Assembly (NCBI GenBank): GCA_001661245.1 | Contig: KV454012.1 | Coordinates: 402,147-466,146, forward strand | Source: Pachysolen tannophilus NRRL Y-2460 | Taxonomy: Eukaryota | DNA: 64,000 nt | Reading direction: 5' to 3' | Shown here: in pieces, positions 23,597 to 34,326 of the stretch | How the letters are laid out: every line of letters begins with the position of its first letter | How positions within the stretch are numbered: the first letter of the stretch is position 1 | Program-made: the position numbers and the translations under genes | The notes under the pieces: generated by a model | Told to the model about the DNA's origin: nothing | Seen by the model: only the letters and a program-made list of their open reading frames with translations | The model's database searches: none

Positions 23597-24219
23597 TATT
23601 TCTTATTTATTTATTTTCTTTTAATAATGTAACTTAATTCTAATTAATTAATACTATAATATATTAAAAGAGTTTTTAAAAAAAAAATTAAAGTTCTTAT
23701 ATATAGAAAATTTGTTAGTGGCAAAAAAAAATGTTCGAGAAAATGAGAAAATGAGAAGTTGAGAAGTTGAGAAAAAAATTCTTTTTTCTTTAGTGTTTAA
23801 ATTCCGGCACATTTTACATTTTATATTTTAGTATGGGGAAACGTGATAAAATTACTGACTCGGATTTTCGGAAAACAATTTAGTTAAAAATATAAGGTAG
23901 TGCAAATCTCTCAACAAAACAAATACGTTTTTTTTTTCTTTAATTTGGGGTAGTGGTAGTGTAATCGCGTATTAAAAATTCACATTCTCGGTGATCTGTC
24001 ATTTTGTTTTAATATAAGGACAGACAAAAGAATGTGAGTGTGTTTGTAGCGTGTAAATAGTAAATTGTAGTGTGTGTTTTGTCAGGTACTTTTGTTTAAC
24101 AAAACCTCTTTGGCTATCTATTAAAGTGGGTCTTAATAAATTATATATATATATAATAATAATAATTGTATAGGCGGGATAGATTTAAATAAATTTTATT
24201 AAATTTATTTGGTTGCAGT

Positions 24220-25695
24220 ATGTTTGTTAGGCGCCAATTTGCTAAATCAGCTTTATTGAAAAGTTATAAATTTCCATTAAATTCTTTGAAAAATAAACGA
24301 TTATTTTCGTCTTGTCTTTTAAAATTAAACGTTCACAATACAGCTAATAATAATGAATTTTATGCTATTGAAGGAGAAAAAAAGCCTATAGAGTTTTTCG
24401 ATGTTAGGGGTCCTGAATTGGTTGAGAGTCCAGTTGGATCTTATGATGATTTTGCTAAAGAAGCATATCAATGGGAAACTTGGAATTTACAAAGTGAAGA
24501 TCATCCTGATTACCCTGTTAGAAAGACAAAAATTAGACATTTTACTTTAAATTTTGGACCTCAACATCCTGCAGCTCATGGTGTTTTAAGATTAATTTTA
24601 GAATTAAATGGTGAAGAAATAGTGAGGGCTGATCCTCATGTTGGATTGCTTCATAGAGGTACTGAAAAATTAATTGAAAGTAAAAATTATATGCAAGCAT
24701 TACCTTATTTTGATCGTTTAGATTATGTTTCAATGATGACCAATGAATCTGTATTTTCCTTAGCTGTTGAAAAATTATTAAATATTGAAGTACCAATTAG
24801 AGGTAAATATATTAGAACTTTATTTGGTGAAATTACAAGAGTTTTAAATCATTTAATGTCTGTTTTATCACATTCAATGGATGTTGGTGCTTTAACACCT
24901 TTTCTTTGGGGTTTTGAAGAAAGAGAAAAATTAATGGAATTTTATGAAAGAGTCTCTGGTGCCAGATTACATGCTGCATATGTAAGACCAGGTGGTGTTG
25001 CTCAAGATTTACCAGCTGGTTTATTAGATGATATTTATATGTGGGCTACTCAATTTGGTGATAGAATTGATGAAACTGAAGAATTATTAACAGACAATAG
25101 AATTTGGAAACAAAGAACTGTTGATGTTGGAATTGTCACAGCAGAAGATGCTTTGAATTATTCAATGTCTGGCCCAATGTTGAGAAGTACTGGAATTCCA
25201 TTTGATATAAGAAAATCTCAACCATACGATGCATATGATCAAGTTGAATTCGATGTTCCAGTAGGTACAAAAGGTGATTGTTATGATCGTTATTTAATTA
25301 GAATGGCAGAATTTAGACAGTCTTTGAGAATTATAGAACAATGCATAAATAAAATGCCTCCAGGACCTGTTAAAGTTGAAGATTTTAAAATCTCACCTCC
25401 TTCAAGAGCACTGATGAAAGAAGATATGGAAGCATTGATCCATCATTTCTTATTGTTTGCAAAAGGTTATGCTGTTCCTAAAGGTGAAACTTACACTGCA
25501 ATTGAAGCACCAAAGGGTGAAATGGGTGTCTATGTTGTTTCTGATGGTTCAGAACGGCCTTACAGATGCAAAATCAGAACTCCAGGATTTTATCACTTGG
25601 GTGCTTTTGACCACTTATCAAGAGGTTACTTATTGCCTGATGCTGTTGCAATTATTGGTACTATGGATTTGGTCTTTGGCGAAGTTGACCGTTAA
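24220..25695 (+). CDS. NDUFS2: NADH:ubiquinone oxidoreductase (complex I) 49-kDa subunit
   Basis: [42 protein letters not shown]. Confidence 0.97.
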   Translation: MFVRRQFAKSALLKSYKFPLNSLKNKRLFSSCLLKLNVHNTANNNEFYAIEGEKKPIEFFDVRGPELVESPVGSYDDFAKEAYQWETWNLQSEDHPDYPVRKTKIRHFTLNFGPQHPAAHGVLRLILELNGEEIVRADPHVGLLHRGTEKLIESKNYMQALPYFDRLDYVSMMTNESVFSLAVEKLLNIEVPIRGKYIRTLFGEITRVLNHLMSVLSHSMDVGALTPFLWGFEEREKLMEFYERVSGARLHAAYVRPGGVAQDLPAGLLDDIYMWATQFGDRIDETEELLTDNRIWKQRTVDVGIVTAEDALNYSMSGPMLRSTGIPFDIRKSQPYDAYDQVEFDVPVGTKGDCYDRYLIRMAEFRQSLRIIEQCINKMPPGPVKVEDFKISPPSRALMKEDMEALIHHFLLFAKGYAVPKGETYTAIEAPKGEMGVYVVSDGSERPYRCKIRTPGFYHLGAFDHLSRGYLLPDAVAIIGTMDLVFGEVDR

Positions 25696-25740
25696 CGATA
25701 ATTGATAACATGCCACTTGAGTTGAAATCTTGAACTTTTC

Positions 25741-25820
25741 TATTTATTTATTTATTTATTTATTCAATTATTTATTTATTTATTTACTTATTTATTCATT
25801 TATTTATTTATTTATTTATT
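25741..25820. repeat. Imperfect (TTTA)n microsatellite in the NDUFS2 3' region
   Basis: About 20 TTTA/TTCA units. Confidence 0.85.
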
Positions 25821-25995
25821 CATTATCTATTTACGTTAATGTCCATCACATTAAATTTTAATTTCGTAGCATTGAAGTCTTCAAATGTAACTGTAGAAAA
25901 TGATAGTGTATTTTGTATTAAAATTGTATATCTTCATATTTCCTCAATTGTTTAGCACATACGTCTTAATTGAAGTAAAGACAAGAATAATAAAA

Positions 25996-26706
25996 ATGTC
26001 CCTCACTGAGAAAGAAACTCAGGAAGGATCTGATGCAAAAGACTTGGTGCCTGATGAAGATAATCATGTTGATGGAAATCAATCATCGACACTACGTGCT
26101 TCGTCGCCATTATTACCACTTTCCATTTCAACATCATCTTTAACATCATTTATTCCTTTTTACAAATTAGGTACCAATAGATCACTCCCATCATTATCCA
26201 GAAGATCACCAACACCTCCAGGGGATGCAAACGGTAGTAATAATAATGTTTCAGATTTGTTAGCTAGAGAGAGTGATGTTACTGTTTCAACAAATATTAC
26301 GTCTCAAGCAGAATATAAAGGCTTTGCATCATATGTTATAAGTGGGCTATTCTTAATTATTTGGTTGATATGGTCAATTTTACCTGACAGTTATTTGAAT
26401 AGATTAGGTGTTTTTTACTATCCTTCAAGATGGTGGTCTGTGGCAATACCTAGTTATATCATAATGTTGATGTGTTACATATATATCGCATTGGGCTTAT
26501 ATAACGTTGAAGTTAAAACTGTGAAATTAGATGATTTAAGAACAATAGTAGATGAAAGTGGAGTTATAGTTACTCAATTAAATTCTCCTGATCTTGATAA
26601 TATAGATTTTGATGATGTAAGTCGGTATTATTCGAAATCTACTAGTGGGATATGGGATTTACCCATAGTAAGCGTGAACAGAGTGTTGTACAGTAATGAG
26701 GATTAA
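25996..26706 (+). CDS. GPI19: GPI-GlcNAc transferase subunit PIG-P
   Basis: AEYKGF, WSILP, YYPSRWWSVAIP, GIWDLPIVSVNRVLY; start set at the AAAAATG (MSLTEK), although an in-frame ATG exists at 25900. Confidence 0.88.
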   Translation: MSLTEKETQEGSDAKDLVPDEDNHVDGNQSSTLRASSPLLPLSISTSSLTSFIPFYKLGTNRSLPSLSRRSPTPPGDANGSNNNVSDLLARESDVTVSTNITSQAEYKGFASYVISGLFLIIWLIWSILPDSYLNRLGVFYYPSRWWSVAIPSYIIMLMCYIYIALGLYNVEVKTVKLDDLRTIVDESGVIVTQLNSPDLDNIDFDDVSRYYSKSTSGIWDLPIVSVNRVLYSNED

Positions 26707-27036
26707 ATTCTATAGATATATAATGAAAGGAAATAATGGACATCAATAAATTTTTTAGTTAATATCAATCAAATAATCTCTAGTATTTCTATAGCTGGTA
26801 CTCTTTGAAATCGTTTCTTTACGAGAACGAAGTGAAAATTAAAATTAAGATTAAAATTAAAATTTATGCATATTATTCACCAGCTCTCGATTATAATTCC
26901 GAATCACATCTCAAAGATAAACGGCGAACAGAGAGTTTAACGACCGAACATCTAAATCATGAATTATTTAAGATGGACATGTCGGTGAAGTTATTCTTAT
27001 AAAACGTTATGTTTACAAATTTAGATATTAGGGAAG

Positions 27037-30000
27037 ATGATCTCGGATAACTACCTAATTGGTATTGATGTTGGTGGAACAAATACCGATAGCGTATTGA
27101 TAAACCCAAATAGTACAGAAAATGTTGAAGTTTTAGCCTGGAATAAAAGTGTTACTACTCCAGATGTATCAGACGGAATAGAAAGAGCATTGAGCAAGTT
27201 ATTTGATGCCGAGGAGCACAAACATACTGCTAGGAAGGAAAATGTAATCTCAGTTACAATTGGTACCACACATTTTATCAATGCAATTATTGAGCAAGAT
27301 AGATCTAGGTTAGATAGAGTTGCAGTTATAAGATTGTGTGGTCCTTATAGTGTTAATATTCCACCCTTTAGCGATTTTGCTGAAGGACTAAGTTTGATAA
27401 TTAGAGGATATGAAGGATATGTTGATGGTGGCCACAGGGTCGATGGAAGTGAGATCAGAAAGCTTAATGAAGACCAAATAATTGAACATTGTCAAAAAAT
27501 TAAAAAATTAGGAATCACCTCTGTATCAGTTGTTGGAATTTTTGCAAACATAGTTCCAGACCATGAAGAAAGAGCAAAAAAAATAATTATTAGAGAACTA
27601 GGTGAAAACGTTAATGTAGTGATGTCACATCAAGTCTCAGGAATTGGATACATAGAAAGAGAGAATGCTAGTATTTTGAATGCTTCAATTATGAATTTTT
27701 CTAAAAAAATTATTCATTCTTTTCTATCTGGTATCAAAAATTTTGGTTTAATTTGTCCAGTTTTTTTAACTCAAAACAATGGTACAATATTAACAGTTGA
27801 AGATGTTTTACAAACACCCATTCGAACTTTTTGCTCCGGTGCTACTAATTCTATGAGAGGAGCTTCTTTCTTATGTTCTTCTGTTAGCCAAAAAGAACAA
27901 CTGACTTCAGTTTTAGTTGCTGATATTGGAGGTACAACATTGGATATGGGAATGTTATTGCCTTCTGGATTTCCTAGACTTTCATCAAGTTATTCGACTG
28001 TTGGTGGTGTTAGAATGAATTTTTCAATGCCTTTTGTGGAAAGTATAGGATTGGGAGGAGGTTCCATAATAAGAACTGATCTGAAAACTGGAGAATTAAC
28101 AATTGGCCCAGACTCGGTTGGTGCAGAAATTGTAACCAAATCGATTGTGTTTGGTGGAAATATTACTACTGCAACGGATATTTCAGTTTCAGTTTCTCGT
28201 GATAAATCTGTTTTAGCCATTGGAGATAATAAACTAGTACAAAATAAATTTGGAACTGAAACTATTAATGAATACAAAAAACTTTTAGTCTCCAAAATTG
28301 AAAGAGTCATTGATAGAATTAGAACATCCCCAGAACCGTTACCGCTTATATTGGTTGGTGGTGGCTCGTTTATTGTCCCTTCCGAAGATTTAAAAATTGA
28401 AGGAGCCTCAACGGTTGTGAGACCTCCATTTTATCAGGTGGCAAATGCAATTGGTGCAGCAATGGGAAAATTATCTGCTGATGTTCAACATGTTCAAATT
28501 GCAAGAAACTCTACTGAAAGGGAATCCATTTTAGAAGAATTAAAGGCTAAATGTATTGAAAAAGTAATTGAAAAAGGTGCCTTAAGAGAAAGTATTGATA
28601 TTATTGATGTTCATTATGATCCAGTTCCTTATATTGAAAATACTTATACTTTTGAGGCTAAAGTTGTGGGAGATGTAGATTACGAAAAGATTGCATCAGT
28701 TTTCCATAAACAACAAGTTATGAATCAAACTTATAAAATGACAGGAACCCCCAATGAAATTCATAAAGATTCAGCTTTTCAAAAAAACACCAATGTTTCA
28801 TACAAAGATGAGGAAATATTTGACCATGTTAATTATAAACCTTTTATTAATTCGAATAGAGAATGGATAGTTTCAGAGACAGATCTTGATTACTTAAATG
28901 TTGGTTGTTATATATTAGGGTGTGGTGGTGGTGGTAATCCGTATCCTTCGTATATGGAGGTTAAACTTAAAGTGAGAAATGGAGAAAAAATTCGAATCAT
29001 TCACTTAGAAGATGCTTTTAAAAATTCTTCTTTGGGAGAAGGTTCTTTTGTTAATGTAGGATTTGCAGGATCACCTACAGTTGCTAATGAGCAACTTTCT
29101 GGTACTGAAATGGTTGAATCTATTTCTATCTTGTCCAAGTATATGAAACAGAAAATTGATGGTGTATTTAATTGGGAAATAGGAGGTGGTAATGGATTTC
29201 AAAGTTTATGGTGTGGTTTAGATTCGAATTGCGGACTCCCAGTTATTGATTGTGATTTAATGGGGAGAGCTTATCCTTTATTATGTCAGACTTCTCCAGT
29301 TATATTCAATGACAATACGTATTTGACTCCTTGTGGAATTTCTGACGGTAATGGTAACAAATTAATAATCTCTGATTCTGGAAGTGATTTGCTCATGGAG
29401 AAAGTACTTCGTGCTGCATTAAGCGAAATTGGAGCACACGTTGGACATGCACAAAAACCCATGCCTCATAAGGATTTACTTTCAATGAGTGTTCGTCATA
29501 GCTTATCGTTAGCCTGGAGAATCGGTAAAGCAGTTTTCACTGCAAGACTGAAATCTGAAATTGACTTATTACCAAAGAGAATTTTAGATGCTATTGGTGG
29601 TGACGGTAAAGTAGGAAGAGTAATTTTTCAAGGTAAAATTATTGAACTTGAAAAAAAATTATTTAAAGGACATATTTATGGAGAAGTAACAATTGAAAAT
29701 GAAAACAATGATAAATTGAAAATTCCATTTAAAAATGAAAATATCTCTGCAGAACTACAAACTAATGGGAACTCAAATTGCGAAGTAATATGTTGTGTAC
29801 CTGATCTAATTTCTGTCTGTGACAAAGACACAGGTGAAGCTGTCGGAACACCCGATTACAGATATGGTCTACACGTATTTGTCATCGCATTTGCACCAAA
29901 CAGCATATGGAATACAACCCCAAAGGCAATCGAAATAGGTGGCCCAAAATCATTCGGACCCATTTTTGAAAAAATGTCATACACCCCCATCGGCGAATAT

Positions 30001-30042
30001 GTACCCCCAATATCCGTTATCGATGAATACAGTAGTGTATAA
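27037..30042 (+). CDS. Hydantoinase/oxoprolinase-A domain fused to DUF917
   Basis: IGIDVGGTNTD, IGTTHFINA, DIGGTT, SIGLGGGS, VANAIGAA (actin-like ATPase HyuA); then ILGCGGGGNPY, EIGGGNG, DCDLMGRAYP, PFKNEN, VPDLI, YRYG (DUF917). Confidence 0.88.
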   Translation: MISDNYLIGIDVGGTNTDSVLINPNSTENVEVLAWNKSVTTPDVSDGIERALSKLFDAEEHKHTARKENVISVTIGTTHFINAIIEQDRSRLDRVAVIRLCGPYSVNIPPFSDFAEGLSLIIRGYEGYVDGGHRVDGSEIRKLNEDQIIEHCQKIKKLGITSVSVVGIFANIVPDHEERAKKIIIRELGENVNVVMSHQVSGIGYIERENASILNASIMNFSKKIIHSFLSGIKNFGLICPVFLTQNNGTILTVEDVLQTPIRTFCSGATNSMRGASFLCSSVSQKEQLTSVLVADIGGTTLDMGMLLPSGFPRLSSSYSTVGGVRMNFSMPFVESIGLGGGSIIRTDLKTGELTIGPDSVGAEIVTKSIVFGGNITTATDISVSVSRDKSVLAIGDNKLVQNKFGTETINEYKKLLVSKIERVIDRIRTSPEPLPLILVGGGSFIVPSEDLKIEGASTVVRPPFYQVANAIGAAMGKLSADVQHVQIARNSTERESILEELKAKCIEKVIEKGALRESIDIIDVHYDPVPYIENTYTFEAKVVGDVDYEKIASVFHKQQVMNQTYKMTGTPNEIHKDSAFQKNTNVSYKDEEIFDHVNYKPFINSNREWIVSETDLDYLNVGCYILGCGGGGNPYPSYMEVKLKVRNGEKIRIIHLEDAFKNSSLGEGSFVNVGFAGSPTVANEQLSGTEMVESISILSKYMKQKIDGVFNWEIGGGNGFQSLWCGLDSNCGLPVIDCDLMGRAYPLLCQTSPVIFNDNTYLTPCGISDGNGNKLIISDSGSDLLMEKVLRAALSEIGAHVGHAQKPMPHKDLLSMSVRHSLSLAWRIGKAVFTARLKSEIDLLPKRILDAIGGDGKVGRVIFQGKIIELEKKLFKGHIYGEVTIENENNDKLKIPFKNENISAELQTNGNSNCEVICCVPDLISVCDKDTGEAVGTPDYRYGLHVFVIAFAPNSIWNTTPKAIEIGGPKSFGPIFEKMSYTPIGEYVPPISVIDEYSSV

Positions 30043-30125
30043 CTAACTAACTCACACATTTCATTTTTCCCTTTTGCGGGAGCGCGATTCGAACTCTTCC
30101 AAAATTACCCGATTCAGCTGATAGG

Positions 30126-30134
30126 ATGAGTCAG
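30126..30134. promoter_or_regulatory. Gcn4 site upstream of CPA2
   Basis: ATGAGTCAG (TGASTCA core) about 285 nt before an arginine-biosynthesis gene. Confidence 0.65.
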
Positions 30135-30415
30135 TGGTGCGTAACCTGAATTTTTCATGGTATTAAACATTTTTTTTTCACGAGGTTCGACGAAGTAGTA
30201 GTAGTAGTAATCTTTAATACCCGTCCTTTTTCTTATATACAACCCACGGAAAAAAATTTTTCATTTTTTTTTTTTTTCTTTTAAATTTTTTTTTTTTTCA
30301 CTTTTTGATCGTAAGTTGGTCAAGTTAGTCATAATAGTACTATAAAATAAAATCAAATCTGAATTGTCAACAGTTTTTATAATTGGAATTAGGTCTGACT
30401 GAAGGTTGTACTAAA

Positions 30416-33400
30416 ATGATTTTCAAGGCTACGATTTCAATTTCAAAGTTGATAGGTAGATCTGCCTTGAACAGTAGTAGAGTGAGTCTACCTAAATTAC
30501 ACTTGAATTCAGGTTCTTTGAATTCTAGTATTAGACATTTGGCTACTCAAGTTGATAAGGTTGATAAGGTTGATAAAGCTGCAGCGTATGCGGGCTCTGG
30601 AATATTATCAACTTTTACTGATGAAAATGCTCATAAATTGGTTGACGTTTCAAAAGTTTTAGTTATTGGTTCTGGTGGTTTATCAATTGGTCAAGCTGGT
30701 GAATTTGATTATTCTGGATCCCAGGCAATTAAGGCTTTAAAAGAAGCTTCCAAAAAAACAATTTTGATTAATCCAAACATTGCAACAAATCAAACTTCCC
30801 ATGCACTTGCTGATGAAATATACTATTTGCCTGTTACTCCTGAATATATCACCTACATTATTGAAAGAGAAAAACCTGATGGAATATTGTTGACTTTTGG
30901 TGGTCAAACTGGTTTGAACGTTGGTGTTAAATTGGATAAGATGGGTGTTTTCGAAAGATACAACATTAAAGTATTGGGTACCCCAATTAAGACTTTAGAA
31001 ACTTCTGAAGATAGAGATTTATTTGCAAAAGCTTTAAATGAAATAGAAATTCCAATTGCTGAATCAATTGCAGTGGAAACTGTTGATGATGCTTTACTGG
31101 CTGCCACCAAAGTTGGTTATCCAATTATCGTTCGTTCTGCGTATGCATTGGGTGGTTTAGGTTCTGGTTTTGCCAATAACGAAGAAGAATTAAGAAACTT
31201 ATCATCACAGTCTTTATCTTTATCACCACAAATCTTGGTTGAAAAATCTTTGAAAGGTTGGAAAGAAGTTGAATACGAAGTTGTTCGTGATCGTGTTGGT
31301 AATTGTATAACAGTCTGTAACATGGAAAATTTTGATCCATTGGGTATCCATACAGGTGATTCAATTGTTGTTGCTCCTTCTCAAACTTTAAGTGATGAAG
31401 AATATCATATGTTGAGATCTGCTGCTATAAAGATTATTCGTCACTTGGGTGTTGTAGGTGAATGTAATGTTCAATACGCTTTACAACCAGATGGTTTGGA
31501 TTATAGAGTGATAGAAGTTAATGCTCGTCTTTCCCGTTCTTCTGCTTTAGCTTCAAAAGCAACAGGTTACCCATTAGCTTATACTGCTGCAAAGATTGCT
31601 TTAGGTTATACTTTACCTGAATTGCCAAACCCAGTTACTAAGACTACATCAGCAAATTTCGAACCATCTTTAGATTATATGGTTACCAAGATTCCAAGAT
31701 GGGATTTATCCAAATTTCAACATGTTAATAGAAATATTGGGTCTTCGATGAAATCAGTTGGTGAAGTTATGGCTATTGGCCGTAATTTTGAAGAATCATT
31801 CCAAAAAGCCATTAGACAAATTGATCCTTCATATGTTGGTTTCCAAGGTGCTCATTTTGAAAATCTTGATGATGCCTTGGCAAACCCAACTGATCGTAGA
31901 TGGCTCGCTGTTGGTCAAGCTTTGTTACATGAAGGTTATACAGTTGATAGAGTTCATGAATTAAGTAAGATTGATAAATGGTTCTTGTATAAATTATCAA
32001 ATATTGTTGAAATGCAAAAAGAATTAGAGAATATTGGTTCGTTGTTTGGATTAACCCAGGATGTCTTAACTAGAGCTAAAAAATTAGGTTTTTCAGATAA
32101 ACAAATTGCAAATAGTACAGGCTCTTCAGAGTTGGAAGTTAGAGCTAGAAGAAAGAGTTTTGGTATTGTTCCTTTTGTCAAAAAGATTGATACTTTAGCT
32201 GCTGAGTTCCCTGCAGAAACCAATTATTTGTATACTACATATAATGCTACAGAGAATGATGTTACCTTTGATGAATATGGTACTATGGTTTTAGGTTCCG
32301 GTGTTTACAGAATCGGTTCTTCGGTCGAGTTTGACTGGTGTGCTGTATCTACAGCTAGGGCCTTAAGAAAGAACGGTAAGAAAACTATTATGATTAACTA
32401 TAATCCAGAGACTGTTTCCACAGATTTTGATGAAGTTGACAGATTATATTTCGAAGAACTTTCTTTTGAAAGAGTTATGGATATTTACGAATTAGAAAAT
32501 TCAAAAGGTGTTGTTGTTTCAGTTGGTGGTCAATTACCTCAAAACATTGCTTTAACTTTACAGCAGCAAGGTGCCAAGATCTTGGGTACAAATCCAGAAG
32601 ATATCGACAAAGCTGAAGATAGACATAAATTTTCATCTATCTTGGACTCTATTGGTGTTGATCAACCAAGTTGGAGAGAATTGACATCAGTTGCTGCTGC
32701 TAAAGAGTTTGCTAATGCTGTTGGTTACCCAGTTTTGGTTCGTCCTTCTTACGTTTTATCTGGTGCTGCTATGTCTGTTATTCATAATGAATCAGAGTTA
32801 GCTACCAAGTTGGAACATGCTGCAAATGTCTCTTTAGAGCATCCTGTTGTTATTTCTAAATTCATTGAAGGTGCACAGGAAATTGATATCGATGCAGTAG
32901 CAGCCAACGGTAAAGTCTTGGTTCACGCTATTTCAGAACACGTTGAAAATGCTGGGATCCATTCAGGAGATGCAACATTAGTCCTACCACCACAAAAATT
33001 ATCTCTGGAAGTTATGGAAAAATTGAAAGTTATTGCTGATAAGGTTGCTGCAGCTTGGCACATTACCGGACCTTTTAATATGCAAATTATTAAAAGTGAT
33101 AATCTGGAGAACCCATCTGATTTCACTTTAAAAGTTATTGAATGTAATATCAGAGCTTCAAGATCGTTCCCATTTGTTTCTAAAGTTTTGGGTGTTAACT
33201 TCATTGAAGTTGTTGTTGCTGCTTTATTAGGTGAAGGTATTCCTGAACCAGTTGATTTAATGGCCAAAAAATACTCTTACGTTGCCACTAAAGTTCCACA
33301 ATTTTCATTTACTCGTCTTGCTGGAGCAGATCCATTCTTAGGTGTAGAGATGGCATCCACTGGTGAAGTTGCTTGTTTCGGTAAAGACGTTGTTGAAGCT

Positions 33401-33907
33401 TACTTTACTGCAATCCAATCAACAATGAACTTCCATCTTCCAAAACCACCATCCGGTATCTTATTTGGTGGTGATTTAACAAATAGCAATTTAGGTAATA
33501 TTGGAAAGACAGTTGCTCCATTGGGCTATAAGATCTATACTGCTTCAGACGAAGTTGCCAAATACTTGAAAAATTACTTTGGAGAAGATGTTAGTGTTGA
33601 AACTATCGAGTTCCCAAAAACTGATAAACGTAAATTAAGAGAAGTTTTCCAAAAATACGATATTAAATGTGTTTTCAACTTGGCGAAAGCTAGAGCTGAA
33701 TCGTTAGTCGATCAAGACTATGTCATGAGACGTAACGCAATTGATTTTGGTATTCCTCTATTCAATGAACCAAATACTTCATTATTGTTTGCCCAAGCAT
33801 TAAAAGAGAAACTCCCAGCTAAATTGGCTGCAGAGAAAAGTGATAAAGTTGTCATTCCAGAAGAGGTTAAGAGATGGAGCGAATTTATTGGCGGAAAACC
33901 AGTTTGA
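30416..33907 (+). CDS. CPA2: Arginine-specific carbamoyl-phosphate synthetase large subunit, with an N-terminal extension resembling a mitochondrial presequence
   Basis: IGSGGLSIGQAGEFDYSGSQA, GIHTGDS, IEVNARLSRSSALASKATGYPLA, GSGVYRIGSSVEFDW; first ATG at 30416. Confidence 0.96.
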   Translation: MIFKATISISKLIGRSALNSSRVSLPKLHLNSGSLNSSIRHLATQVDKVDKVDKAAAYAGSGILSTFTDENAHKLVDVSKVLVIGSGGLSIGQAGEFDYSGSQAIKALKEASKKTILINPNIATNQTSHALADEIYYLPVTPEYITYIIEREKPDGILLTFGGQTGLNVGVKLDKMGVFERYNIKVLGTPIKTLETSEDRDLFAKALNEIEIPIAESIAVETVDDALLAATKVGYPIIVRSAYALGGLGSGFANNEEELRNLSSQSLSLSPQILVEKSLKGWKEVEYEVVRDRVGNCITVCNMENFDPLGIHTGDSIVVAPSQTLSDEEYHMLRSAAIKIIRHLGVVGECNVQYALQPDGLDYRVIEVNARLSRSSALASKATGYPLAYTAAKIALGYTLPELPNPVTKTTSANFEPSLDYMVTKIPRWDLSKFQHVNRNIGSSMKSVGEVMAIGRNFEESFQKAIRQIDPSYVGFQGAHFENLDDALANPTDRRWLAVGQALLHEGYTVDRVHELSKIDKWFLYKLSNIVEMQKELENIGSLFGLTQDVLTRAKKLGFSDKQIANSTGSSELEVRARRKSFGIVPFVKKIDTLAAEFPAETNYLYTTYNATENDVTFDEYGTMVLGSGVYRIGSSVEFDWCAVSTARALRKNGKKTIMINYNPETVSTDFDEVDRLYFEELSFERVMDIYELENSKGVVVSVGGQLPQNIALTLQQQGAKILGTNPEDIDKAEDRHKFSSILDSIGVDQPSWRELTSVAAAKEFANAVGYPVLVRPSYVLSGAAMSVIHNESELATKLEHAANVSLEHPVVISKFIEGAQEIDIDAVAANGKVLVHAISEHVENAGIHSGDATLVLPPQKLSLEVMEKLKVIADKVAAAWHITGPFNMQIIKSDNLENPSDFTLKVIECNIRASRSFPFVSKVLGVNFIEVVVAALLGEGIPEPVDLMAKKYSYVATKVPQFSFTRLAGADPFLGVEMASTGEVACFGKDVVEAYFTAIQSTMNFHLPKPPSGILFGGDLTNSNLGNIGKTVAPLGYKIYTASDEVAKYLKNYFGEDVSVETIEFPKTDKRKLREVFQKYDIKCVFNLAKARAESLVDQDYVMRRNAIDFGIPLFNEPNTSLLFAQALKEKLPAKLAAEKSDKVVIPEEVKRWSEFIGGKPV

Positions 33908-34326
33908 GCTTTGACAGCATAGAAATGAAAACTGATAATGTCTTATATATATGGTATCAAAAAAAAAACATGAAAAAAAATACAATTTAATAGTAATAGT
34001 ATAAAAGTCAATTTAAAAATTTTAAAGTAATGATAGACCTCTTAGGTAGACGTTGCATTGCAATTCATATCTTTGTAGCCAATATTGATATCTTTGACAT
34101 GGATCATCCATGTATCAATCATCATCATCTTCTTCTTCTTCTTCTTCTTCTTCTGTCCGTGTTTGGTCGTGGATGAAATATCAGCGTCATTGGGTTTATC
34201 TTTCAGTTGACCAATGCCTGTTGAAGTTAGTAGCAAATGATTAATATATTTAAATCATTTGTTTCTTTTTGAAATAAGTTGTTTGGTTTTTTGGAAGGTT
34301 ATTGAAACTAGAAGTTTCTTGTCAAT

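Noticed and set aside
21187..24200. Centromere near AIM34/MIX17, which are CEN-linked in S. cerevisiae
   Set aside because: No CDE elements, long gene-free region, inverted repeats or retroelement cluster seen
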